The notes below the pieces were generated by a model. It was not told the DNA's origin, did not search any database, and was given only the letters and a program-made list of their open reading frames with translations. A DNA stretch of 63,199 bases, the filler included, from Choristocarpus tenellus KU-1152 (Eukaryota > Protista > Phaeophyceae), in NCBI GenBank assembly GCA_964200185.2. It is 11 parts of 11 records of this genome, joined end to end, with 100 filler letters (N's around TTAATTAATTAA, not from the genome) between each part and the next. Parts side by side here need not be neighbours in the genome. Positions count along the whole stretch, not along the records: positions 22,057 to 27,592 come from CAXNAD020010484.1; positions 27,693 to 30,649 come from CAXNAD020023368.1; positions 30,750 to 42,852 come from CAXNAD020001974.1; 8 more parts are not named here. One strand, written 5' to 3'. Positions 26,120 through 40,765 of this stretch are shown here, in pieces. The position numbers were made by a program, and so were the translations under genes. Numbering within the stretch: the stretch's first letter is position 1; each line of letters starts with the position of its first letter.

Positions 26120-27520
26120 GTGAGAAGAAGGACGTACTACCATTGTTACGTTTCTTTTCATGAACTGTTGTGATTTTTTGAAAGGTTGTTGTTGGGTCAA
26201 GGTTTTGAACTGAGGTGACTGGGGGGAGGCAGGGGCAAGGGTTTATGGGTGTGTTTGGGGGTACTGTAGATCCGTTTTTTTTTTACAAGGTGCTGAGATA
26301 GAAGGTCCATGCAGAGATGTTTTTTATGTCATGCTAACCCTGCTATGATGATTCACTGTGGTTCCTCCTGATTGGGGTGGACAATTTATTGTGTGTATGA
26401 GTGTTTTTGTCTGTGCATGTCCACTCCTGCCATTGTTTAGAGAGGAACGTCCCCCTCCCCCAGCATTCAACACTAGCCCTGACTCTAAACTCACTACAGG
26501 TATGTAGGCCTGCTGCAAGATACACACCTTACAAGAACGTAATGGGTCCGGTTTAGGGTTAGAGGGAAGATTCAGGATGATAATGTCCTATTGGTTTAAA
26601 GTAATAGCTAGGCTTTTCTATTGGCCTGTATGTTGGTCTCGTCTTGAGTTGTGTGCCATCCGATCTTACAGGAAGCAAGTGCTACTGCTATTGAATCGTT
26701 TTTTATATTGATCATAACTCTACTTGTTTGATCTATTCGACAGAGGGCATAGTCTCACCCTCCACGGGAACCCTAACCCTAGCTGCAAGCGTAGCTGATG
26801 TGGTTCGTATTCCACCTAGATGTGAAAAGGTGGCTGTGAAGTATCCGGCACGGCAGTATGCGATGAGGAGGCAGTATGGGAGGAGTAGGGCTTTGCTATT
26901 ACGTCTATACATGTATCTCACTTTCACTGTTGGGATGCACACACATGCCTGCTTTGGGAAGAGGGCAACGCGCACGCCTCCTCCATGTCTTGCACCTGTG
27001 ATGCACGTGGAACGAGTGAAGATAGTTTCGAGGATGTGGAGGATTGTTGCGTAACTGTTCTTCACAACTCTTGATGCACGCAGGGGTTTGTATGCAATGG
27101 GGGCCTGTCTTGTTTTTACAGAGTGTTTTTCGACTAGGGTTTTCGTGTGTACGTATATATATATATATACGTACAGATCAATGTGAAAAATGTAAAAAAT
27201 ACCCTCTTTGATTTGAATCTAAGGTTCGAGGCAACGCACAACACAAGTTGTGAGAAGAATATTTCAAGTGGAGCGAGGGGGGGGCTAAGTGTAAAAGCAA
27301 AAATCGACTGATGGAAAGGTGAAAACCTTTGACAGCGATATCTTTGATCGTTCTTCGTTGATGAATCCGTTTTGTACAGGAAAATGTGGTTATATTCCCT
27401 CTCCCCTCCCTCATCCCCCCACCACCCCCCACACCATTTTTTTTGGCATCTTACGTCTGTCCCTATTCAATGACCGTGTCTTGTCCCATCTGTGTACTGT
27501 AATGCCGACTCTTAATCCTT

Positions 27521-27570
<50 letters not shown>

Positions 27571-28229
27571 CTTCCCCGCTCTCCCTCCCCCTNNNNNNNN
27601 NNNNNNNNNNNNNNNNNNNNNNNNNNNNNNNNNNNNTTAATTAATTAANNNNNNNNNNNNNNNNNNNNNNNNNNNNNNNNNNNNNNNNNNNNCATACATA
27701 CGGCCTCTAACATAGAAGATGATGATGAGATCGGCTCAACGTAGTGACAGCGTGGTGACTGACCTGCTTACTAAGCGTGCCAAAATTACCCGATAATAAT
27801 TGCCATTAAAGCTCAAAATATTTACGAAATACAAGCTTGTATGTATGTATAGTATGAGACATGTGTTCGTTCTTCTTTGTCGACTTGGATGGTTAGTTTT
27901 TTGGTGGGTGTGACCTATCCCTTTCTTGTACAAACCACATCACCCTTGAATAAATATTTATAACTAGTGCAAGAAGACGTATGTATATATGTATTGTATA
28001 ATACAATATGTAGTGTATGATACATACAAGCATGCCAAACTGTTACCGACTCCCCCCCCGGGGGGTCTGTCTGTCCTTGTACCTTTGGCTTGGTCAAGGT
28101 CGCTTCTAAATCGTAGTGGTGCCCTCCACAAGCACCGAAATATTTTTTACCAAAAATATATATGCACTTTCGCCGCGCACCATTCCGGGTCTTGCCCATC
28201 CTCAATTTTGATGATCGGCTGCTTTATGA

Positions 28230-29480
28230 AATAATCTGATTTGTGGGCAGGAGAATTCTGGGAGGGATGACGTATGGGGAGTAGAGTGTTGATTAGGGTA
28301 AAAATAAAGAAAGGAGAAGGTGGATGAAGAGTTAAGTACTGGGTGACTAGGAGGCAGAAGAGGTAGGAGAGAAGTTCAAGGAATGGGTGGTGGGTGGAAG
28401 CATGAGGTAGGAAGGGATGGATCAGAGCATAAGGAAAACTTGAGGTTGGTAGGACAGGACAAGCAGGGCTAGAACAGGGCAACCTCCGAGCAATCTTTTC
28501 AACCCACTCACCGTTTCAATTGGTCAAAATTTACTGGAATGCTGGGGAACAGGGGGGGGGGGATGAAGGTTTTCACCCCCCCTGCCGTTTAAATTGGAAA
28601 AAATTTGTGGGGAGGGGGGGGAAGGGGGGGGGGGGGGGGATCAAGTTTGGGCAGGTTATGTCATCTAGTTCGAAAGCGTGGTATTGAAGTGGATGATGAA
28701 GGGGTGTTGTTGGGTGATTGTGGAGTGGAAAGGGTTGTGGGGTTGAATGGTGTTGAATGATGTGCTGGAGCAGAAAGTGGTGGAAAGTGGTGTGGAGGAA
28801 GGTGGATGGATTCACGGAAATTGGCCGCATTGGTTGGTGACTGGAAACTGGTGGCAAAGATTGGTCACACTGGTTGGTCATCGGATATGCCTGGTGACTG
28901 GAAATCAGTGATGAATATTGGTTGCACTGGTTGGTCATCAGATATGGTTGGTGACTGGAAATCAGTGGTGAAGGGTGGTCGCACTGGTTGGTTATTGGGT
29001 GTGGTTGGTGAAAGGAGTTTAGGTCTGGAGGGTGCACTGGTTGGTCACTGGATAGGCTGGTGACTGGAAATCAGTGACGGAGGTGGTCAGACCCAAAGCA
29101 ATTAAGAGGTTAGGAGTTTTGTCCTGTTTGTCTGTTCGGGCTTGGATTCCCACGGATTTTCTATGACAGATACCTACTCCGAAACAGTTCAGAGTAGGTA
29201 AAATGTGTACAACTATGAATCGTGTGTCCGAAGCAAGGATATTGACACTTGCTAACAAACATGTTAGCCAAAATTCATCAAAGTTAGCCAAAATTCATCA
29301 AAATCGCTACATTGGATGTATGACCCCAAATGGACGCGGCCCTACCCTCTTTGAATGCTTTGGGTCATCGCACTGGTTGGTCACAAGTGGTGTTACCATG
29401 GGGGAGCAGGAGCAGAATGGGCGGAATGCTAACACAAGAAAAATGAATATCAATCCAGGATTCGTGAGCAAAGCAAAACA
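28230..29480. repeat. Second copy of the composite repeat (see 3660-4930), split by a MITE
   Basis: Direct homology to 3980-4930, including the ~57-bp units. Confidence 0.8.
29090..29366. mobile_element. MITE family A copy (GAC...GTC-ended subfamily)
   Basis: GACCCAAAGCAATTAAGAGG...TGCTTTGGGTC, inserted inside a 57-bp repeat unit. Confidence 0.85.
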
Positions 29481-30165
29481 TCAATATTTTCGTCTTGCCC
29501 ACTATGGCTCCAGAGAATTACTGCGTAGGTAGGTTTAACAGGTTTAACACTGTTAGAACGCCAGTAAACGCTTAAAAAATATCAATAATAAGTCATAAAG
29601 GCTTTTTAGTCAAACATTTTCCCGCTTTCTTTCCCAATCGTTCATGAGAGCAGTGGCATCTCACTTAAACTATGATTAGGAATCATTATTAATACAAATA
29701 CTCTGAAGTACTTACTTGAGAATGGCAGCCCCATTCAATCACTTTTGACGATGGAATTTCCGCATGGACACGCTGTTTTGTGTTAAGGGAGGCATTCTTA
29801 TCCATAGTATCTTAAGTTGGTGATCGATATAGGCTGTTCTGAGTAGAAGGGACTTCCAAAATTTTCTGCCTTGACACCCCCACTCCCATGCCCGAAATAC
29901 AGCGAACCCCCATGAATGAGGCTGTGACTGTAGAAGTGGAGACAATCATTTGTCCATGGTAGGAGACAAGAATGAAATCGCCCTCCAGAGTGCTACGAAT
30001 CTTCCGGTCCTCCTCGTAGTGACAACAACCTCAGCCGGCACTGTCAAGGGGGAAACCTTCGGACAGATGCCCTACAACACAGACATGGGGAGCGATTTTT
30101 GATGAGGTAACAAGACCTTGTCATGTTCTTAAAGAAGTGGATCGTGTAACTTTAAGGATTAAATT

Positions 30166-30421
30166 GAGTGAAAGTATCTTAGAGGGTACGAGTTTTGCCC
30201 TGTTTGTCCATTTGGGGCTTGGATTCATTGGGTTATTTTATGACATTGTCCTACTACAAAATGTTTAGGAGTAAGTAACGTGTGTATGTTATGAAAAGGT
30301 GTGTCCGGAACATAGATATTGACACTTCCAACAAACACAATAACCAAAATTTCATCAAAATCGCAACATTGGATTTTGACCCCAAATAGACGTGGTTCTA
30401 CCCTCTAAGATACTTTGGCTC
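30166..30421. mobile_element. MITE family A copy, flanks AATT/AATA
   Basis: Near-perfect 23-bp TIRs. Confidence 0.9.
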
Positions 30422-31124
30422 AATATCGTGATAATCTTTCTTTTTTAGAGGTGGTATGTATGTACGTAGCGGCCAAATTTTGTACCATACTAGGCGGCGT
30501 CTACGTACTACTCTTCGACATTATTATTGGTAACGGGAAAAAAGTATGTATACAATGAACAGGACACAACAGACAACGCTGAGAGCCACTACTACTTGCT
30601 GCTAGCATCATTATCAGATATTATGTTCTAATCTATAATTCAATGTATGNNNNNNNNNNNNNNNNNNNNNNNNNNNNNNNNNNNNNNNNNNNNTTAATTA
30701 ATTAANNNNNNNNNNNNNNNNNNNNNNNNNNNNNNNNNNNNNNNNNNNNCTCCCTCATGTACCCCACCTTCCTCTCTGGGCTGGGAGTTTTTTTTTTTTT
30801 TTAGCTGTTCAACATTGACAGTTGAGTTTGTTTCAATTTATTGACCTGACCTTGCATTAGAGGAAAAATGGTAGTTAACTAGTACGCACAAATGTTTTGT
30901 AAGATATCAGTGAACTATGGTGGTCTTGAATATATTTCTTATTCTTATCTAACTGTTGGAATTTTTGACTTGACTACTTAGCATACAAGTCTTTTGTAAG
31001 GGCCCCTTGATAATTGTGCACTTTCACGATACACTTGGGTATTGCCACAATAACAGAGATGGATACCAAATACTATTGTCATACCCCACATACATTTATT
31101 ACTCCGTCATATTCCCGCTTCACT

Positions 31125-31170
<46 letters not shown>

Positions 31171-32965
31171 TTCCCACTTCCTGAAATACAAAGTAGTCAA
31201 ACGTAAGAGAAGTGCAAAAGTAACAAAAAAATAATAAACATGACTCTGACAGGGTGGCAAATACAAATGAACTGTGAACCTAACCCCTACTCCTAAAAAT
31301 ACATAGTACTTGTCGAAAGAAAATGTGTAGATAACTCTAACCTTTGTACATTTTTTTAGTATTGAATATTCTTCTTTTTCATGTAGCCTCAAATTTTATT
31401 CATAGAAACGATATATTTTGGAATTCAAAAATGTAAACAAGTAACTGAAGATGTGATAATGGGAAATAATAAAATTTCAAACTACTGTGTGCCATAGTCT
31501 GACTGAACTATCTTTGATATATTTTGATAGACGTTATCTTAAGTATTAATGGATTACCGAAACCGTATATATGGCATATAAATTGATTCTACTACTACAA
31601 GGTGAAATGGAAAAGTGTAATAGAAGATTTGCAGCAGGCTGGTTCTACCCTTGGCATGCTACTGGTTAACATAAAATCTGTGGAATTGTTGAACACCCAT
31701 GTCAGAAAGCCAGTTTTACTTTTTACGTCCCCTTTTTTTTCAGTGCCCCTTCATTTTCAATCATCTTGTAATACGAGATACAGAGAGTATCCTAAATTTT
31801 GTTAATGAAGCAATAACGATATGAACACAGCCTGACACCAAGCTTTTCAAATTTGGTTATATTTTGTTAATGTTGCACTACGTCAAATCCACGCCTTAAC
31901 TCTATCACACACAAATTTGGCTTGGTTAATTTAATTTTTCACAAGTGGTACGTTCGAAAAATTCAATTTCTATGCTGATCATATGTATTCTAGAAACTTT
32001 ATTTTGTGTGTTACATAAAAAATATTAAAAATGGATACAAACAGGCTCATGGAGGAGATCAACCATCAAGATGAGCCAGTTGTACCATTTTTATTTGACC
32101 TCTTTTTTCTTTTATATAAAGCTTGTACCATAATTTTTTTATTTCATTATATACCAATCATTCAACCGCAAATTTGTAATTTACCAAATGAGAGGGGTGA
32201 AATGTTAGAACTGCCAACGAAATATAGAACTAAAGTCCAGTTATATCGTTCCCCTGAATCTGTTTTTTATACCCACCCTATTTGAATATCTTGAAAGTAC
32301 ATGGTGTCGATAACATGATTGAACACAATATCAACCAACAACAGGATACCGATGATAAAGATGATATTATTTTACACAGTATTCTCTGACAGTACAATAA
32401 TGTGGATCATAGATTCAAAATAACAAAAAGGTTATTTTTATTGTCTCCAAACTGACCCCAACCCTAACCCTACCGAACTACCTATCCTCAACTATTTTTA
32501 TGATATGGATGTTCTACCATAAAATTGAAAAGGTCTACTCTCTGTGCTTGATATGGGATAAAATTTATAGTGAACAACAATGACGGTGCAGCCCTGACAC
32601 CATCACATCACAAATATACCATAATTTTACCTACCTTTTAAGATCCAGATGTTCTATTTAACAGTCTAGCTAACATTACAAGACTATTGTACAACACTTT
32701 ATTTTTATTGTTCTGTACAATACCTACCATGATCCACCTAACCTTTTGATGCAGTAGTAGTGTTCCTAAGGGGTTACCACAAAAACATTTGTTTGTCCAT
32801 GAGGAATCTAACACAGGGAGTATATGCAATCAGGTCTTATGCCGGTGGAGACCGGTTTCCTCGCTTCTCTCAAAAATTATCTACTCCCTGGTGAGTACTT
32901 TGTAGCTTGATGATCCGCAGTTGGTAGAGGGAAAGATGTGTGTTGAATACAAAGCTCATGTAGGA

Positions 32966-33336
32966 TACTATATTGATCTTCTTGTAGATGGGAACATTCA
33001 GTAAGATTTTGAGCGGCCCTTCTGAGTTAGTATCTGAAAGTTATAGAATTTTTTTATTGTGTTGTTTGTATTGTGAGGTCATTGTTATGAATGTGTTCAA
33101 GTTGAGGTGATCAAATAATTGGTCTAAAGATACTAGTAGGTATTGGTATGCTTACTATATTGATCTTCTTGTAGATGGGAACATTCAGTAAGATTTTGAG
33201 CGGCCCTTGTGAGTTAGTATCTGTAAGTTATAGAAAAAAAAAATGTGTTGTTTGTATTGTGAGGTCATTGTTATGAATGTGTTCAAGTTGAGGTGATCAA
33301 ATAATTGGTCTAAAGATACTAGTAGGTATTGGTATG
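32966..33336. repeat. 187-bp direct tandem duplication, 2 copies
   Basis: TACTATATTGATCTTCTTGTAGATGGG at 32966 and 33153; near-identical. Confidence 0.92.
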
Positions 33337-36300
33337 TTTATTGTGAGTGATATTCTTAGTAATAATGAGATCCCCTCTTGCACCATATATTATCATACCA
33401 GCCCTTTCCATCAAAATAAAATCTTCGTGAGAAACGTTTGGCCTTAAGAGGTTTGAACTTGCAGAGATGAGTGCAAGATGTATTGAGTAATTTTCTTAAT
33501 CTGGTAAGTATTATTATTTTCTGGGTAATCTTTAGTTTCTTACTGCAAGATGGAGAAAAATGGAGCTGTTTATTTATGTTTTTGTATTGTAGGACACTAC
33601 TGCACTCAGTTGTCAGAAGTTTGGTACTTATCTGTAAGTTGATATTGTTTAAATTTGCGTTCTTTCTATTACCATGCTGGTGGCCTGTTCTCTCCAGACT
33701 CTGGGATCCCTGTATTGAATGTATCTTAGATTTTATTTTTCCTTTTTGGTTAATGGATCTACTTGAAATTTCACTCGTTGTTGTTGTTTTTGACTTTGCA
33801 GAAAGACCCTTTGCGGGTAGGGTGTTGGATGAATGGAGGGACCAGCTTAAACCAAAGATACGGCTTAAGGAGTTACAATTACAGTTCCTGCAGGAGTTCC
33901 AGCAGGAGTTAGAGTTCCAGTTCCAGCAGGAGTCACCGCTTAGGAAGTCACTCGTGAATAATTGCTTGGAGATATATGCTGAAGTTAAGGAACTCATGCA
34001 TAGTTGCCCTTCATCTAACGTGCAAAACTCAGTGGTGAAGATGACCACATTGATGGATGGAGTTTCTGGATTGGGAATAGATGACAATGTGAGTGAAATC
34101 CTTCCTTTTGAGTATGTGTGTTTTTTGTTGAAGAGTGGATTGAGATGTGATGGTATCACATGTTGTTGATGGAGTAAGGTAGATCGTTCCAAATATTCGC
34201 ACAGAAATAATTTTAATGTTTTATTTTCTGAGATGATGTGAAGTTTTTAGCTTCCATTATTCACTCTTTGGTATAGTGAGTTGAACCTTGTGTTTGGTGA
34301 TTCCTTTCTCAGATACCTTGTTGATCTAATTGGGTATTATTGATGTAGCGATTTTAGTACTGAGATGGGTCTTCTCTTGAATACATTCAAGCCATCCTGT
34401 GTATATGCCTTGAGTAGACTGAGGGTTCTTTGATGAATGAATATAAAGTTATTTATAGGAGCCCCACTACTTTGTCATATTTAAGTGATCTTGTAGCCAG
34501 AGGCTGCATTGGATCAGGCCAGACTGTTAAGAGTAAGTCCGCCGGTAGTTGATTTATTATAAGCAAAAGTAGCCTGTGATGGAAGGTAAGAAGCAAATGT
34601 AAGTACCTGTTTTGTCAATGATTTTGGTTGATATGGATACGTCAAACCAAATATATTAAATCTTCACTCGTTATAGTCCACAACTGTTTACAATACTCTA
34701 ACCAGCTGTTGTCAATTACCTGCTTTAAATAATCAACCTTTTCCTTTGAAAAATGTTTTCTTTGTCTTTTGTCATTCAGACTAGGGAAATTTCTTTGAGG
34801 ATAACGAAGCTAACAGACCTAAAGCATAACCTCAACATGTTGCTTGAGGTGAGTTTTCTTGGGCTTTGATGGCAAGATCATCGCTAGAGATCTCTTTTAG
34901 TCTAAACACAGTTACTGTAAACCTAACTCTAAGTTATATTGTCAGGGTTGTGACAACATTGTCTACCATCTATGTGACACTTTTGTGACTGTTTGATATC
35001 ACTATTGAACCAACCCTGTCCCTGTCCCTCCCTATCCACTTCAAATGGGATTGATATGGTTGATGTTCAGCTCCTACCTACTGGATGAGTTCGTTACCTG
35101 CTTTGTTGGATAATTTTTTGTTAGTTTGTATTGCATGCATAAATGTTCCTAAATTTATATCCCTCGGGTAGGAACCCGTAAAATTTTCTACTGGGTTACA
35201 CAAAAAATATTTATTTGATGTTTTTGGATATCTAATTTTGGTCATATGCAGTTCATAATGGTTAGGACTTGTAATAATCTCAGCTGGGATTGCAACCATA
35301 CTCTGGTTCTATGATGTGTTGGGGGTGCACATTTTGGGGGGGGGAACTATCTTGATCTGTTTCTGGATATGTCCAAAAAGATGTTTGTAGATTTGCATCG
35401 TGAACAGGGCAAATGAATTCAAGGCTTGTTCGCAAAGCTATTATTGAATAACTTCTTCGGGATAGGTGTAGGCCAGGCCCTCGTATGTTTTGAAACTTCA
35501 ACATTGAGGTACATTTTTATATTTTTTATTTGAAGGGAATGTTTATTTTTTCATTGCCAAAGGTCTTGTAGAGAGTTCTTCTTTTGTAGTGTTTATTTAT
35601 TTTGACCGTGTAATCCAAGCATTGTTTTTTTGAAAAGGTTTAATGTAATGCTAGAACTAAGTAGTACGTCATTTGCTAGGGATTATTTTTTTCCTGTTTT
35701 TCTTGATATATTTATTAATGTGATGCACTCTATTTATATATGATGCTAGGTATTGCTTCAATATCAGTGAGGCATTTATGATTTGGGTGGTCACAGGTAA
35801 ATATTGGTTTCAGTTTAGTTGGCGATACGGTATGAATAAGAAGGAGCAGTTCATGTGTAACGTTTGAAATTGTGACACGATTTTGGTGTAACTACGTAAT
35901 GCTATACAGCAGTGTTGAATTGTTTTCTCTTTTTTCAAGAATTCCCTATATTTTGGGATATCTCAGCTGCCTCCTTGGCTGTATGCTTCCATTTGATACA
36001 GTGGGGTGTGTGTAGTGTATTACCCCTTTTCCCCATTTTTAATTTTGTGGTACTCAAGTATAGAATGGAGTACATATACCATATATATTCCAAATTCAAT
36101 ATGAGGTGATTGGGGTGTGTGTAGTGTATTCCGATCTTGAAGAGGCTTGTGGCATGTTGGTGTATTTATTCCTGCTTTGTTTTATTTGTCTAAGTGTGAA
36201 ATACCTCTATCCAATTGTGATGTCTTTGCGAACGAGAGGATCACTGGTTATTAATTACAGCTTTAATATTTTTTTAGCACGATATTTTAGTGACAGTAGA

Positions 36301-36530
36301 AGCCTTGTATTATAATAGTGTGGTGATGGCTTGTTGTAGTTTATGATTGCCTAAGACTGTAAGTTCTGGTTACCTTGCACCTTCTCATCTTAGTTCACAG
36401 TATCATGCTTGTTGGTCCTGGTGTGCCTCACATGATTTTACCCTTGTCACCCATGTTTCCTTACAGTTAAATGGCAAGTATAATGACATTGCCATCTCGC
36501 CTTAGCTTTCCTGACCCTTGTGCCTTGCAG

Positions 36531-39500
36531 TTGTCTCAATACTACCATAGGACTGGCAGATGGGATAACATGGAGAGATCCAATCTGTGGTCATTGAGGG
36601 TTCATCAAGTAGAATTTGCCTCTGAGAGTATTGTTCATGGACCTCAGGAGGTGGGTCAAGTTCGGACTGCAAACGCTTCTCAGAGTGCCTTTGATACCCT
36701 GTGGAAAAGGTTTCATGAATGGAACACCATTGCCTGGACTCCCTGCAGCTTGTGTAACGAGTATATGCCTTCAGAAGATCAATCTTCTTCCATGGCTATT
36801 GGGAAATACTCTCCTTGCCTTGGACGTGTCCCTGAACTGTGTATCTAACTTGTTTGTTACCTAATGCTGATGTGTAAGTATTGTTGACCAACGTGGTGCA
36901 TTACCTTTCCTCTCTACCTGCCAGGAGGAAGAAGCAGTGTCAAGTGCAAGGGCTACTACCCTTACCATGACTGCAGAGGATTGGAAGCGTAGTGAGGATC
37001 GGATTGGAAAAGGTGGCTTTGGAGAGGTATGGTACACGGATGCCCATACAAAGGAGTTGATTAGAGAGCTCCGCAACGCAAGGCAACTCTGACGGAGACC
37101 AAAGATGTATCTAATTGCTAAACACAATTCATGCTCGTCTCAGGTGTATCTCGTAGATCACCTTGGTTTTAATGCTGCTGCGAAGATCATCGATTTGGGT
37201 TACCTGGATGACAAGGAGTTTGACAGACAGCACCAGCTCATATCTGAGGAGTACGGCACCATGAGAAAGTTGCAGGGATCACCACGTGTGGTTACTCTCG
37301 TTGATGATATTTTGCATGATAAAACGCAAGTGAGGAGTGTATGGTGAGATTACTGACATGTGATTGCGGACATGTGATTACTGACATGTGATTGCTGATC
37401 TTGTTGTGTGACAATGTGGACATTTATAGTGGATATTTTTATGTCAAAAGTTTTTTATCTAGCGTCTTGTCTTCTGACATATGATGAATTCTTCACTTTA
37501 TTTCATGTACTCTTGAACAATCGTTTGTGTAAGACTATAGAACTAACAAGAGTTGAGCAATGATGAATTCAGAGTTATTCACAGTTACCTGCGTTCCAAT
37601 CGTTGTCAATGGTAGTTCATCATGTTCACAGAGTTCTTACCTGGTGGGGACTTGAGGACTTTGCTGAATGGTGCTAAGGCAGCTGGGTTCATGGAAGAAG
37701 AAGTACAGAAAAACATCATCACGGATGTTGTGGCTGGCATGAAATACATACATGCCAATAATGTCATACATGGAGATCTCAAGTCTGTGAACGTAATCAT
37801 GGATAGTCATGGTAGGGCCAAGGTGGGTGACAAAGCGAATGGCCTGAATTGATAGTGTTTATTGTCCTCGTCCTCGTCTTTTCATTTTTGTAAGGGTTGA
37901 TTTCCTACACTGATGGTGAGATAAGAGCATAGCTCTATTGGTGTACTATTCTATAAATGTAAACATGGTGTTTGTTGTTCTTGGTATTGAGAGGATTCAA
38001 TGGAACATCAGAAGCTCAACATGAGGGGCTCTGATGGTGTACAGGTATTTTCAGAGAATAATGAAAGGACCCTCTTTTAGAGGGTGTGTGAGTGCTACAC
38101 AAAATCGAAGCATTTGTAAGCTATTGTGTATTGGACTTCGTAGTGTATCTGTTCTATCTGAATCTAAATCTAATGTTGTTGGTGTTCTCTCCAAAATACT
38201 GGAGACATTTGACGGGCTGTTATTCAAACACAACAGCAAAGAAATGTCTCATTCAACAAGGAACTCATTCTGTAGTACTGGGTAGAAAGAAAATCCCACA
38301 ACAGACCTCAATTAATTAACCTTGATTATTTTCTCTCTCATTGATTGCTGGTATTCGTTTACCACATCGTGTATAGCACTCATAGGCCCTCTAAAAGTGG
38401 ATCTTTTCATGTGCTCATTGTGTGTTGTGTGCCAAGAATTCTCTGGGTACACCTGTACACGTTGAGAGACTCTCATCTTAAGATCCTAATATTCCATCGT
38501 ACCCTTTGAAAACCAAGAAAAAATAAAAGCCATGTTTGTGATTAAAGAACAGTAACCCAATAGAACCATGCGAAAGGGATCCTCACATGTCTTTTTTTTT
38601 TGCACACTGTTATGCGTTTAACACCTTGGTAGTTGCTCTGTTATGTTCTGTTGTTGAGGTCCTCTTCCTCTTCCCCAGCACCTCTCTCTGTGTACGGCCT
38701 CTGTCTTTTCCGTATGAAGTCCTCTATTTCAAATACATCTACCTTGCACTAGCGTCACCTGCTCATCCATTTGTTAGATGCATGAATTACTTACGTATTG
38801 TGTCTGTCCTGGACACGTATCTCACAGATTGCGGATTTTGGACTCTCACGAATGGTGACAGTGTTGACTTCAGGTGGCAGTGTCCAGGGCACGGTATCGG
38901 GAAGAACCACGGCTTGGGCTGCTCCCGAAGTGTTTAAAGAGAAGAAGAGTAGCAGAGCTAGCGATGTTTACGGGTAGGAGAAGTACTAATACAGCAATCA
39001 TTTATTTATTTTTCGTTGTAAACAGAAAATTTGCAGGTGAAATTGAAATGGTTAGGAAATTGAACTAAGTTTATTAAATTGTGACCCAAACTAACCTGAA
39101 GGCAACAACGTGGGTAGTGAGTGTCTATGCCATAGGGGTGAATGTTTGGCTTCTCCTGCATAGATGTAATATATAGACAGAAGTATAGTAGTACTTGAGG
39201 TTGACTATTGGTCAGTGTTTTGCTCAGGAATCGCAAAGAAGAATTAACAATGTCGATGAAATTGGCTGCGCAGTGGAAATATACAGTTATCACAGTTTTG
39301 GTTAGATCTTCAAATACACATAATTGTTGGGATGTGTACGTACCAGGGCAACATATACACCCAACTAAAAGACCTGTGTTGCCTCTAACGTCCCAGCACA
39401 ATCATGCAAGAAGGAACAAATTTTGGGGAAATGACTGAAACGCCCGATTTCTTCAATTAGGTATGGTGTGGTTAATTTCATGATTTATTGAACTGAGGCC

Positions 39501-39932
39501 ATTGCACTGTCTGTTACAGTTTGCAACACTCTTTATCCACAATTGTGTGATGGATCTCAGACCTGTGGTCAAGAGATAATATATTTTTGCTTTGTTTTGT
39601 ACTGGTGAATCCAGCTTTGCTATTGTGTATTGGGAGGTGCTTACGCTTGAAGTTCCTTGGAGGGGTAAACGCGATAGCGCAATCATGTACAGTGTGTGCA
39701 TTAAGGAGGAGCGCCCACAGCTGCCTCTGGACACGCCTGCCAAAATCAAAAGGATCATCACCAAGTCCTGGGATACAGAACGAACGGAGCGGCCAACTTT
39801 TGAGGAGCTGGAGGAGATGGTAAGGATATCATAATGTATGAAGTATAATATGCTGCACATCTCCACTGCCCAAGCAGATTGCATATACTCTCCCTGAATT
39901 CGTAGCCTGGGGGATCATCAACCTTCAGATGA
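36531..39932 (+). CDS. Tyrosine-kinase-like (TKL) Ser/Thr protein kinase
   Basis: Exons 36531-36650 (less certain), 36925-37026, 37144-37329, 37616-37822, 38828-38973, 39615-39819 and 39906-39932 (less certain) splice in frame. Motifs: IGKGGFGEVY, AAK, HGDLKSVNV, IADFGLSR, WAAPE, SDVYGFAIVYWE, ERPTF. Confidence 0.92.
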
Positions 39933-40765
39933 TCAACCTTCAGTCAAGTCGGTGGGAGTTAAGTTTTGTTGTCACTGGTGACTTGTCAATAACAGCACAG
40001 GTATCCCTATCAGAGTATGCCATGTACGTTAGTTTTATGTTGGCGGTGCCAAGTTTATGCGTCAGAGATGGAACCTGACTGGCTTTAGGAATTCCTTTGT
40101 ATCTAGATGACCCTCCTAATCATAGTGTCAGTTTAGCAGTTGCTCTGTTTTGTGTTTATCCTCAGATACACTACAAAACGTTGATAACCCTCTTTTCAAG
40201 TATAAGGTAAGTATTGCCTTGTTGTATAGGAAGGTCTTTGTTCTGTGCAACACGAACACAGCTGTAATTGTTTTAGTTACCTTGTTTATTGTTTCTTCCC
40301 TCTCCTGCCCTCCCTATCATCACATACCCAAATATTGTTGGACAGAAAATATGTATCATTTTGAAACTAAAGACTAACCTAGAGGCATAGCATTAAAACA
40401 TGAATATTAACTGTAAGCAAGTGACAGTGGCTGATCTACCTACATGTCGGCTTTGTAACCGTTTTTGTTAATAAAGTGTTGCGTACTAAGGATTATGCGC
40501 ATAGACAGGAGTGTCTACTTTTTAATAGCTTCCAAAATAATGCTTCAGTGGCTACATACTTTCTTGCTTGCGTTTGTCATTTTTACTAAGTAGAGTGAAT
40601 TCCTAATGTTATGTTTCTCATTGTGTTCTGCTAATATTTGTCTTACTCTCTTCTTTACTGTCCCTTTGCACTTGATACATTCCTGCTTCCTTTGTTGATC
40701 TAAATCATTGCCATCTTGCAATGCCAGATGCAGGAGGGGCATGGCTAGAAGCAGAAGGGGATGGC

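Noticed and set aside
27148-27175. 28-bp perfect palindrome TGTACG(TA)8CGTACA
   Set aside because: Mostly a self-complementary TA microsatellite, with little information.
27522-27570. Long poly-C/G runs translated as poly-Pro or poly-Gly
   Set aside because: Non-coding homopolymers of unreliable length, often at contig ends.
28835-29080. CRISPR-like repeat-spacer pattern (GGTGACTGGAAATCAGTG)
   Set aside because: The intervening sequences are homologous to each other, so it is an ordinary ~57-bp tandem repeat in eukaryotic DNA.
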